Assembly: GCA_017514805.1 (NCBI GenBank)
Contig: JAFWIP010000006.1
Location: 59,976-123,975 of the forward strand
Length of the DNA: 64,000 nt
Origin: Candidatus Saccharimonadota bacterium
GTDB taxonomy: Bacteria > Patescibacteriota > Saccharimonadia > Saccharimonadales > Saccharimonadaceae
Direction of reading: 5' to 3'
Positions 56,227 through 64,000 of this stretch are shown one piece after another. A program made the position numbers and the translations under genes. Below the pieces are notes generated by a model. It worked only from the letters and a program-made list of their open reading frames with translations. It searched no databases and was not told where the DNA came from. The stretch's first letter is position 1. Each line of letters begins with the position of its first letter.

Positions 56227-57132
56227 TTATTTCTTTTCGATCTTCGGACGGAAGAACATTCCGGCAAAATATCCCTTATTGAGCGTATATAGACGCTTAA
56301 GGCGTTTACCGTTTGCGCGACGCAAAATATTCCAGACAAAAGCAAAATACAGATACTTGCGTTTCACTTTGTCTTTCTTTTCGCCATATTTACGAATAAC
56401 GTATGCTTGGTTGCGATAGTCGTAATAGCAACGCCCAATTCTTTCAGGCGGACAATCGACGATACTCGCATTCACATTTACGCCCATCTTATGCGTCATT
56501 ACCGAATCCGTTACCATATATGGTTGCGCATACTTGCGAAGTCGAAGCGAATATTCCCAGTCATCACCATAAATAAAGAATTCCTTAATTGGGAGGCCAG
56601 CCTTCTTCACAATCTTCATATTTGCAAAGAAAGAAACAAAGGTCGAAGACTCAATCGGCACTAGGCCTTCTTTATAGAGAGAAATCTTGTCATGCCAACC
56701 ACGCTCATCTAGTTTCGGAATGTTCATTACGCAGAGATTGCCATCTGTCCATTTTACAACTCCAGCTAGAAACGAGAAATCATCTTTAAGATAAGCCGCT
56801 CTATCAACGAGAATCTCAAGCGCCTTCGGGTCATCGGCTATCGAATCATCATCCATTAGCCAAACATAATCGTAATCGTGCTTCATCGCCTCACGCACAC
56901 CATAATTAAAACCACCCGCACCACCAAGATTAGCACCAGTATTGAAATACTGCACAACCTTCCCGTCAATCAGCTCCTCGACATATTCATGCGTCCCATC
57001 TGTACTAGCATTGTCGATTAAAAGTATTTCAAAATTTTTATACGTTTGTTTTAGTAAGGATTGCAGACACTCTTTTAATAATTTCTTACGGTTAAAAGTA
57101 ACGACAATAATCCCGACCTTTTTCTGCTTCAT
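56227..57132 (-). CDS. glycosyltransferase family 2
   Basis: IIVVTFNRKKLLKECLQSLLKQTY..ILLIDNASTDGT and WLMDDDS. Confidence 0.88.
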   Translation of the reverse strand: MKQKKVGIIVVTFNRKKLLKECLQSLLKQTYKNFEILLIDNASTDGTHEYVEELIDGKVVQYFNTGANLGGAGGFNYGVREAMKHDYDYVWLMDDDSIADDPKALEILVDRAAYLKDDFSFLAGVVKWTDGNLCVMNIPKLDERGWHDKISLYKEGLVPIESSTFVSFFANMKIVKKAGLPIKEFFIYGDDWEYSLRLRKYAQPYMVTDSVMTHKMGVNVNASIVDCPPERIGRCYYDYRNQAYVIRKYGEKKDKVKRKYLYFAFVWNILRRANGKRLKRLYTLNKGYFAGMFFRPKIEKK

Positions 57133-57204
57133 TTATATGTATTCCTCAACTTATCTTCCCCTATTATACCATTTCAAAACATCAAAATAAGCTATAATGG
57201 TTTC

Positions 57205-57789
57205 ATGAGTATACAAAATTTCTCCTTTCATATTTCTTGGCCAAAACTCATCTGTAGTTTGCCAGTTTTACTCGTTACTCTCTATTTTGTCCCGCCACTC
57301 GGCGTTATTTTAACTATCAGTCGCTATTTTATCTACGGCAATTATCGCTATTATCGCGTACCAGCCGTTCTTCTCATTATTGCCTGCGCCTGCCTCTTAC
57401 CGCGCGCCTATGAACTCCTCCAAAATAACTTCGGTGAACAGATATCGATAATTCAACCTTTCATCGATTTCCGCGCACACGAGCTCTATTCAAAAATCAC
57501 TACCTTTGGTCGCTTCGTAGCGATAATGAGTATCATCCTCTTGTTGCTTAGTCAGCTCCTTCGCAATGTTATTGGCCGCGCATCATCCGCCATCAGTCTC
57601 CTCAGCCGCGCCGCATCCGAAGATAATAAAAAATCTAGCAAAACTAGCACGATGACACATGACAACCCGGCAAAACAACAAACCGATCAAACCACCCCGC
57701 ATGTCGTTAAGTGCTCGAGTTGCGGCAAAGTCAATCGAATCATCGGAACCGTCGGCAAATGCAAATCATGCCGAAACGACATCGAATGA
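57205..57789 (+). CDS. membrane protein with C-terminal zinc ribbon
   Basis: Four TM segments, then CSSCGKVNRIIGTVGKCKSC. Confidence 0.55.
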   Translation: MSIQNFSFHISWPKLICSLPVLLVTLYFVPPLGVILTISRYFIYGNYRYYRVPAVLLIIACACLLPRAYELLQNNFGEQISIIQPFIDFRAHELYSKITTFGRFVAIMSIILLLLSQLLRNVIGRASSAISLLSRAASEDNKKSSKTSTMTHDNPAKQQTDQTTPHVVKCSSCGKVNRIIGTVGKCKSCRNDIE

Positions 57790-57816
57790 CATAGCAAAAA
57801 ATAGCCTTTTTCTTCT

Positions 57817-58614
57817 CTATATTTTTGCTGCCAAAACTTTATAGAATGGTGTTTCCGTATTCCAAATTCGCGCCACAACCGCTTGCGTAAGTAAAACTCC
57901 CGTCCAGAGCGAGATAGGCGTCCAGCCCGTTTCACTTATCTCTTGAGTTACAACCTCGCCGTTTTGAGCTATAACAATCAGCCCATTATGATAAGTTGCA
58001 ACGCTAAGCGAGTAGCTAAGAGTAAACTTATGGAGCGTTTCAACGAGCTGATTTGTTGGCATCGAAAGCGTAATAACCTTCGGATAATACATTGTCCGAA
58101 GCATCTTTTGTAACTGGGGTAAAGTTAGCAACAATCCCGTCTCATAATCACGCATCGCCCAATCCATTGCCGACGGAGTCACAGCCTCAATCGCATCGCG
58201 CGTAACAAAAATTGGCTTCTGGCATTTGTCCATAAACTCAGTAAATACGACCGAAGTTTCCGCATTCTTGCCACTGTCACCGATTAAAATAATCGCATCG
58301 GACCACTCTGCCTGTCGCAACATTTCGACAAGCGCCGCCCTACCAAAACCACCAGACTTCTCCGATTCCGCAAAATAAATCTCTGGCGTACTAGGAACCT
58401 GATTACGTAATACATCTGGTAATAACGCCCTAACCTCGCCAGCACCAAAACGCTTCGCTGCTTCTAGCCCACTCGCCACCGCAAAAAACGCCGCCTTATT
58501 TCCCCCAATAATCAGCACCTTACCGGCGAACCGCCTCTGTTCTGGAGGTAGCAAATCAACATTGAACAACTTTTTTATACTCTGCCGATGCCAGTAATCT
58601 AAGTTCTCTGCCAT
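57817..58614 (-). CDS. YjeF-C / carbohydrate-kinase-like protein (NAD(P)HX dehydratase family, divergent)
   Basis: GKVLIIGGNKAAFFAVASGLEAAKRFGAGEV resembles the Nnr2 N-terminal pattern. ATG 58614 overlaps the xth stop (TAATG). Confidence 0.5.
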   Translation of the reverse strand: MAENLDYWHRQSIKKLFNVDLLPPEQRRFAGKVLIIGGNKAAFFAVASGLEAAKRFGAGEVRALLPDVLRNQVPSTPEIYFAESEKSGGFGRAALVEMLRQAEWSDAIILIGDSGKNAETSVVFTEFMDKCQKPIFVTRDAIEAVTPSAMDWAMRDYETGLLLTLPQLQKMLRTMYYPKVITLSMPTNQLVETLHKFTLSYSLSVATYHNGLIVIAQNGEVVTQEISETGWTPISLWTGVLLTQAVVARIWNTETPFYKVLAAKI

Positions 58615-59402
58615 TATAATTCCACCATAATCGGACAATGGTCCGACCCCATTACTTCATTCAAAATATCTGTTTCCTTAATCTGTTCGCGTAGGCGTTC
58701 GCTCGCAAGAAAATAATCAATCCGCCAACCAACATTACGCATTCTCGCGCCACCACGATAGGACCACCAACTGTATTTTTGCTCATCTGGATGCATGATT
58801 CGCCAAGTATCAATAAAGCCATTATTCAAATAATTCGTCATCCCCTGTCGACCGGACTGAGTAAAACCAGCGTGCCCTTCGTTTTGAGCTGGACGCGCTA
58901 GATCAATCTCTTCGTGCGCCACATTAAAATCGCCGCATATCAACACCGGCTTATCTCTATCAAGCTCTTTCGTATAAGCCAATAACGCCTTATCCCACAC
59001 CTCTGCGCGCCAATTCATGCGACCTAAGTCATCTTTTTCATTTGGAACATATACGTTTACTAGATAAAAATCCTCAAATTCTGCCGTCAAAACGCGGCCT
59101 TCTGTTCTCGCATCACCGAAAGCATCTTCCCAGCCCGACATTTCTTCTTGCTCAGGATAAAAGCCAAAACGCACCGAAAGTGGCTTTATTTTCGTAAATA
59201 TCGCCGTTCCAGAGTAGCCGGCACGCTCTGCCGAATTCCATATTTCTTCATATTCCGGCAAATCCACTTCGGCCTGTCCCTGTTTCGCCTTCGTCTCTTG
59301 TAGACACAAGATATCTGGCTCATATTTCTCGATAAAAGACTGTAAGGCACCTTTGCTAAGCACTGCTCGTAAGCCGTTTACATTCCAAGAAAAAATCCTC
59401 AT
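58614..59402 (-). CDS. xth: exodeoxyribonuclease III
   Basis: MRIFSWNVNGLRA, LQETK, GDFNVAH and GSDHCP. Confidence 0.95.
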   Translation of the reverse strand: MRIFSWNVNGLRAVLSKGALQSFIEKYEPDILCLQETKAKQGQAEVDLPEYEEIWNSAERAGYSGTAIFTKIKPLSVRFGFYPEQEEMSGWEDAFGDARTEGRVLTAEFEDFYLVNVYVPNEKDDLGRMNWRAEVWDKALLAYTKELDRDKPVLICGDFNVAHEEIDLARPAQNEGHAGFTQSGRQGMTNYLNNGFIDTWRIMHPDEQKYSWWSYRGGARMRNVGWRIDYFLASERLREQIKETDILNEVMGSDHCPIMVEL

Positions 59403-59476
59403 ATTTTCATTTTAGCATAATAAATTATCTCTCATGCTCATCGCACGAACCGCCTTACTGCCAAAAATAACCAATA

Positions 59477-59505
59477 TTGACTTTTGTTGCAAAAATACGT
59501 ATAAT
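59477..59505 (+). promoter_or_regulatory. near-consensus promoter
   Basis: TTGACT (59477-59482), a 17-nt spacer, then TATAAT (59500-59505). Confidence 0.7.
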
Positions 59506-59570
59506 ATTACGCAGTTACAGGGGGCAGGAACACCCGATGTAATGAATACTGAAAAAGGAGGATGAAGCTT

Positions 59571-59921
59571 ATGGGAAAAGAAATGATTCATCCAGACAAC
59601 GACCAATCCTATTTCGAGGATATTAGCATCTTAGCTGACTATATTCACAATGCAATGATGTGCAGCGACGTAATCGAGGAGCCTGAAGGAGGTAGTTCGA
59701 TTTTAATCGATAATCTACCTTACGAGATTCCAGACAACAAATCAATACGCAAAGATATTTGCAAAGATTTATGCGAGGCCATCGACCGCATTAACCGCGA
59801 AAGTGACAAAATGCTAGAGCAAGTCGATATAGGTAACGGCGATTTTTATGAGGAGGAGCCTTGTTATATCACCCCTCCTACCAATGCGCACTTTGATAGC
59901 GAAAAGCTACATATCTACTAA
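59571..59921 (+). CDS. acidic orphan protein (116 aa)
   Basis: ATG 59571 lies 9 nt after AAGGAGG, whereas the track start 59562 abuts the SD. I recognised no domain. Confidence 0.55.
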   Translation: MGKEMIHPDNDQSYFEDISILADYIHNAMMCSDVIEEPEGGSSILIDNLPYEIPDNKSIRKDICKDLCEAIDRINRESDKMLEQVDIGNGDFYEEEPCYITPPTNAHFDSEKLHIY

Positions 59922-60002
59922 GACGCAGCCGTTCTTTTCGCCCCCTTACATAAGAGGGCGATTTTTTATGCTATACTTTTCTTAAAGATAGGAGTTATTT
60001 AG

Positions 60003-60476
60003 ATGCGTACAGATTATATCCGGTGGGACGAATATTTTATGGGGATTGCCCTTCTTTCCGCACAGCGCAGCAAAGACCCAAACACGCAAGTTGGCGCCTG
60101 CATCGTTAACGACGACCATAGAATCGTCGCTACTGGTTATAACGGCATGCCAAGCGGCGTCAAAGACGAAGAAATGCCTTGGGAGCGCGAAGGTAGTTTT
60201 CTTGAAACCAAATATGCCTACGTCTGCCATGCCGAGCTCAACGCCATCCTAAACTCTGTCGCTAAACTGGAAGGTTGTACTCTTTATGTCACTCTCTTCC
60301 CATGCAATGAATGCGCAAAAGCCGTCATTCAATCCGGAATCAAACGCATCGTCTATGCCGACGATAAATATGCCGACGCTGAAAACACCATTGCCGCAAA
60401 AATGATGTTTCGTCGCTGTGGCGTAAAATGCGAAGAATACAAAGCCTCTGATAAAAAGGTTGAACTAACTCTATAG
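60003..60476 (+). CDS. dCMP deaminase (ComEB-type cytidine/deoxycytidylate deaminase)
   Basis: CHAELNAI and PCNECAK zinc-binding motifs. Confidence 0.9.
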   Translation: MRTDYIRWDEYFMGIALLSAQRSKDPNTQVGACIVNDDHRIVATGYNGMPSGVKDEEMPWEREGSFLETKYAYVCHAELNAILNSVAKLEGCTLYVTLFPCNECAKAVIQSGIKRIVYADDKYADAENTIAAKMMFRRCGVKCEEYKASDKKVELTL

Positions 60477-60477
60477 A

Positions 60478-61191
60478 TTATTCTTTTGGCGCGAACGGGT
60501 TTGGATATATCGCGTCACTATTAACCGTATTATTAGCTAATGGATCGCCTTGACTCGGCGTGTTATCTACTGCTGGCGCAACACTAGGCTCGCTTGGCGC
60601 AATTGGCGATACAGGCGAAGCAGGCGTCGGCGCAATAACCGGAGCACCGAGCGGCGGTACTACAATGCTTTCACCCTCACTGTCTCTATTCTTAATAAGC
60701 CAAATAAGCGATAATGTTGCCGAAACAAAATTGAACAAAATCATCGCCAGGAACACCCAGGTGAGCCAGCTTTCCATATCCATTAAAAACAATGGGATAT
60801 TAAAACTATTCGTATATCCCCCGCTACCATTCAATGCTGACGCATATTCAATAAAACCTATAATAATTCTCACTAAGAAATAACCAGTAGAAACAATTAG
60901 CATGCCTAGAGCCGTATAACCAAGCGGAGATCTAGGATTATCATTACGGAAGTATTTGCGTGTATGAATAAGATTCAATACACCTGTCGCCAAAAATACA
61001 ATCGAAAATATTATCGTCAGCACCATTCCTGGAGTCCAAATCGATTCCGAGGACATAGAATAATACTCTTTATACTTATTGTAAGTCTCTACCGTCTCGA
61101 TGATTGCATAACTATAAATAACACCGAGAATACCATAGATAAAACTTACGCCAGTATTCCAAATAGTGAAGTAATCTTTTACTTTTTGCAT
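60478..61191 (-). CDS. multi-pass membrane protein with Pro-rich C-terminal tail
   Basis: Five hydrophobic segments and the C-terminus PPLGAPVIAPTPASPVSPIAPSEPSVAP. Confidence 0.55.
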   Translation of the reverse strand: MQKVKDYFTIWNTGVSFIYGILGVIYSYAIIETVETYNKYKEYYSMSSESIWTPGMVLTIIFSIVFLATGVLNLIHTRKYFRNDNPRSPLGYTALGMLIVSTGYFLVRIIIGFIEYASALNGSGGYTNSFNIPLFLMDMESWLTWVFLAMILFNFVSATLSLIWLIKNRDSEGESIVVPPLGAPVIAPTPASPVSPIAPSEPSVAPAVDNTPSQGDPLANNTVNSDAIYPNPFAPKE

Positions 61192-61271
61192 TTTTTCGCT
61201 TCCTGATCATGCTTATGTTATTTTTACTATACCATCAGCAGCCAATCCTTCCCTCATGCTATAATTATCTT

Positions 61272-62774
61272 ATGAGCAAATCTCCCCGCATTCAGAAGGC
61301 TATCAAAGTCGCCACCAAGGCGCATGAAGGTCAGCTGCGCAAAACTGGGGAGCCTTATATTATCCATCCGCTCGCCGTCATGAAAATCCTCGAAGAGTGG
61401 AACATGGATGAAGATTCCGTCGTTGCCGGCGTACTTCACGATACCGTCGAAGATACCGAGCTCACGCTAAAAGATATCGAGGACGAATTCGGTAAAAACG
61501 TCGCCTTCCTTGTTAATGGCGTCACGAAGCTTAGCAAAGCTCGTAGCGACATGAAAAACCTCGACGAATATCTCCCCGAAACCTCAGACAACCTCCTCAA
61601 GCTTCTAATCGCTACTGGCCAAGATATCCGCGTCCTAATCATTAAGCTCGCCGATCGTCTCCATAACCTTCGCACTCTTAGTGCGCTTCCGCCAGACAAA
61701 CAACAAAAGATCGCTCGCGAATCACTTGATGTATTTGCGCCACTCGCCGACCGTCTCCAGATGGGGCGCGTCCGCGTCGAGATCGAAGAGACTAGCTTCC
61801 GCTATCTTGACCCCAAACGCTACGAAGAGCTCAAAAAGCTCACCGAAGACAAACTCAAACGTGCCGACAAAAAACTCAAAAACGCCCAGCATGCCGTCGA
61901 AGATCTCCTCAAAAAGGAACATATCAAGTATACCTGCGATGGCCGCGTTAAATCTATCTATTCCCTACATAAAAAGCTCGCTAAGTACGATCAAAACATC
62001 GATCGGATTTATGATCTCATCGCGCTCCGCTTCATCGTCGAAGACGTAACCACCTGTTATCTCGTGCTCGGGCTCATTCATTCTCTATTCATGCCAATGG
62101 ACGGCCGTATCAAAGATTACATTGCTATGCCAAAGCAAAACGGCTACCAATCTATCCATACCACCGTCATCACAAAAGACGAACAAGTCGTCGAATTTCA
62201 GATTCGCACTAAGGAAATGCATGACTATGCCGAACGCGGTCTTGCCGCTACCTTCTATTACAACGAGCAGAAGCTTACTTCGGCATATACTGAAGGACGC
62301 GTCAGTCGCCTACCAAGCCATCTTCTCTGGATCAAAGAGCTCCAAGAGACCGCTACTAAGCTCGCCTCGGGCGAAAAAGTCGATACAAAGAAACTACGTC
62401 TCACGCTTTTTGCCGACAAAATCTTCGTCTACACACCAAAAGGTGACATTATCGACCTGCCAAAAGGCTCTATGCCGCTAGACTTTGCCTACCGTCTTCA
62501 TAGCGAAATCGGCGCCGCTTGTACTGGCGCTAAGATTAATGGCAAGATGGTTCAGCTTAATACTAAACTCCAAAGTGGCGATATTGTCGAAATTATTACC
62601 GCTAAAAATTCTCAGCCAAATCCAGGTTGGCTCGATAAAGTTGGCACGAAACATGCGCGCCACAAACTTCTCTCGCAGCTCCATACAATTTTACCGAACT
62701 TCGCCGTTTCTCAGGACCCAAGCGCCAAATCAAAACCAGCTCAAAAGCCAGCGAACAAAAAGACAAAAAAATAA
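61272..62774 (+). CDS. rel: RelA/SpoT homolog: HD hydrolase, synthetase and TGS domains, with no ACT domain
   Basis: HPLAVMKIL..GVLHDTVEDT (HD), GYQSIHTTV (synthetase) and VYTPKGDIIDLPKGSMPLDFAY (TGS). The start is at MSKSPRI. Confidence 0.9.
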   Translation: MSKSPRIQKAIKVATKAHEGQLRKTGEPYIIHPLAVMKILEEWNMDEDSVVAGVLHDTVEDTELTLKDIEDEFGKNVAFLVNGVTKLSKARSDMKNLDEYLPETSDNLLKLLIATGQDIRVLIIKLADRLHNLRTLSALPPDKQQKIARESLDVFAPLADRLQMGRVRVEIEETSFRYLDPKRYEELKKLTEDKLKRADKKLKNAQHAVEDLLKKEHIKYTCDGRVKSIYSLHKKLAKYDQNIDRIYDLIALRFIVEDVTTCYLVLGLIHSLFMPMDGRIKDYIAMPKQNGYQSIHTTVITKDEQVVEFQIRTKEMHDYAERGLAATFYYNEQKLTSAYTEGRVSRLPSHLLWIKELQETATKLASGEKVDTKKLRLTLFADKIFVYTPKGDIIDLPKGSMPLDFAYRLHSEIGAACTGAKINGKMVQLNTKLQSGDIVEIITAKNSQPNPGWLDKVGTKHARHKLLSQLHTILPNFAVSQDPSAKSKPAQKPANKKTKK

Positions 62775-62797
62775 ATCCGCAAATGCGGATTTATTTA
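62765..62797. terminator. bidirectional terminator
   Basis: AAAAAAATAAATCCGC-aaat-GCGGATTTATTT. Confidence 0.8.
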
Positions 62798-64000
62798 ATA
62801 TCTTGACGGGAGCTCGCGCGAGTAGGTCGTAATGGCCTGGCTATAACGAGACATCTGATTGTATCCCCAGAGGTAGTTCGCCATACTGAGATTAAAGATT
62901 TCGGCACGCTGAATTGAATAATTACCATTTCCTGCGCCCGCAGTACGGTTGAGAACTAGTTTCTTAGTGATAACTGGCGCATCAAAGACGAGTGGCTGAT
63001 TACAGACAGACGCGCTAAGATTACCAACACCATTAATAGCAGTACTATTACCATTATATCTACAAGTATTCACTACCTCGTCAGCAATAATCGTTGCATC
63101 AATATAGGTTGGCTTGTTAGTGATATAGACATTTTTAGCGATAATAACTACGCCTACAATATTATCGAGATTAGTGTTCGTATTGCCACTCCTGCGGTTA
63201 TAGTCAATATTGCCATCAATTACGACAGTCTGACCCGAAGCGTTATAGACAATTGTACGGTCATATTCTACGCCAAGCGGGATTTCCGTAGGAATACCCT
63301 CCTCGCCAATATAGAGATTTTCGCCAGCGTTCGCACGAATAGCGATTGGGCCAGTCTCATTACTAATATGGCTACCTAGATTAGAAGTATTAAGGACGAC
63401 CTTCTTATAAGGAGTGCCGCCAAAGGTAACTGTGCCGCTTGTTGCGCCATTGCCAATATTGCCGTAGCGATCAACCATCTTTTGACGGAATTGCGCAACA
63501 GAATCGCCGCCAATATCATGCCCATTATTCTCCGTGCAGTTAGTGTTAGCAAAGGTCTGCGTTCTAAAGACACAGGTCGAAGAGTTGCTCGTAGTAGCTG
63601 TGTTATTCGTGTCATTATTAGCGCGCGTAATATTTTCGGCTTGAGTACCGTAAGCAACATTTGTTTTATAGGCAGTAGTAGCGCCGGACACGAGATGCTG
63701 GTCCTTTTTAACGACCTTACCAAATACGCCATATTCCGACCAACTAGAGAACCTAAAGGCAGGGCCACCATTCGCGAACACCTTTGTATAGTTATTTATT
63801 TCATATCCAGCAGAACTGTAGGCGTTCGACGACTCGACACTCATAGTTGGGCGCTTTGCCACTTGCGAACAAGAAGTCGTAGAACGAGAGTTGCTTGCGC
63901 CATATCTACTGCCCTCTTCCAGGCCAATATTATTGAGGAGTGCTACAGCACCTTGAGAAGCGCCATGAACAACAGTGGCGTTCGGGTCATCATGCGAATC
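62795..64000 (-). CDS. C-terminal part of a large Asn/Thr/Gly-rich secreted or surface protein (5' end outside window)
   Basis: The frame is open from 64000 down to the stop at 62795. The track start at 63862 is a GTG inside the open frame. I recognised no domain. Confidence 0.6.
   Translation of the reverse strand, partial: DSHDDPNATVVHGASQGAVALLNNIGLEEGSRYGASNSRSTTSCSQVAKRPTMSVESSNAYSSAGYEINNYTKVFANGGPAFRFSSWSEYGVFGKVVKKDQHLVSGATTAYKTNVAYGTQAENITRANNDTNNTATTSNSSTCVFRTQTFANTNCTENNGHDIGGDSVAQFRQKMVDRYGNIGNGATSGTVTFGGTPYKKVVLNTSNLGSHISNETGPIAIRANAGENLYIGEEGIPTEIPLGVEYDRTIVYNASGQTVVIDGNIDYNRRSGNTNTNLDNIVGVVIIAKNVYITNKPTYIDATIIADEVVNTCRYNGNSTAINGVGNLSASVCNQPLVFDAPVITKKLVLNRTAGAGNGNYSIQRAEIFNLSMANYLWGYNQMSRYSQAITTYSRELPSRY

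Noticed and set aside
55901-56282. A 98-aa (-) ORF and a 90-aa (+) ORF over the tRNA-Leu(CAA) locus.
   Set aside because: They run through a tRNA gene and two intrinsic terminators, so they are incompatible with expression as proteins.

Overview
The window is 64 kb of a tightly packed bacterial chromosome that reads cleanly in the standard genetic code. The gene content suggests a reduced-genome Patescibacteria/CPR organism, possibly Saccharibacteria. That placement is inference only. It rests on short forms of UvrC, Pgk and Pgi, a sigma-region-4/HARE-HTH protein, an orphan TraD/VirD4-like ATPase, a sortase, many membrane-anchored orphan surface proteins and a stripped-down dcw cluster.

I call about 58 CDS and 6 tRNAs, all CCA-encoded: Glu-CUC, Glu-UUC, Val-GAC, Lys-UUU, Leu-GAG and Leu-CAA. 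I found no rRNA, CRISPR array, transposase or recognisable defence system.

Recognisable blocks:
- der, topA and pth
- a surface-glycan locus (a GT-C membrane protein plus two GT4 genes)
- pyk-pgk
- rsmH-ftsL-ftsI-mraY-ftsW-murG
- typA
- SBP-secG-uvrC
- eno
- tandem DsbA-like genes, then pgi
- sortase
- xth, dCMP deaminase and rel

What stands out is mostly non-coding.
1. Ten gene starts have a -10 box exactly 6-7 nt upstream of the ATG, which is a leaderless-mRNA signature.
2. Several ORF-free gaps of 0.45-0.9 kb sit in an otherwise gap-free genome. Two carry near-consensus promoter, nested helices and terminator, and are candidate orphan structured RNAs (7262-7598, 10493-10740).
3. One gap holds an 11-bp-phased iteron-like array plus DnaA-box-like repeats (21534-22160).
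4. A 20-codon SD-led mini-ORF abuts an intrinsic terminator between rsmH and ftsL.
5. A structured insert of about 150 nt ends in an exact copy of the tRNA-Leu(CAA) 3' end.
6. A recombinase-like CDS terminates inside the tRNA-Glu(CUC) 3' end at the left edge of the window.

All protein functions come from motif recognition by eye. No database search, RNA covariance model or folding program was run.
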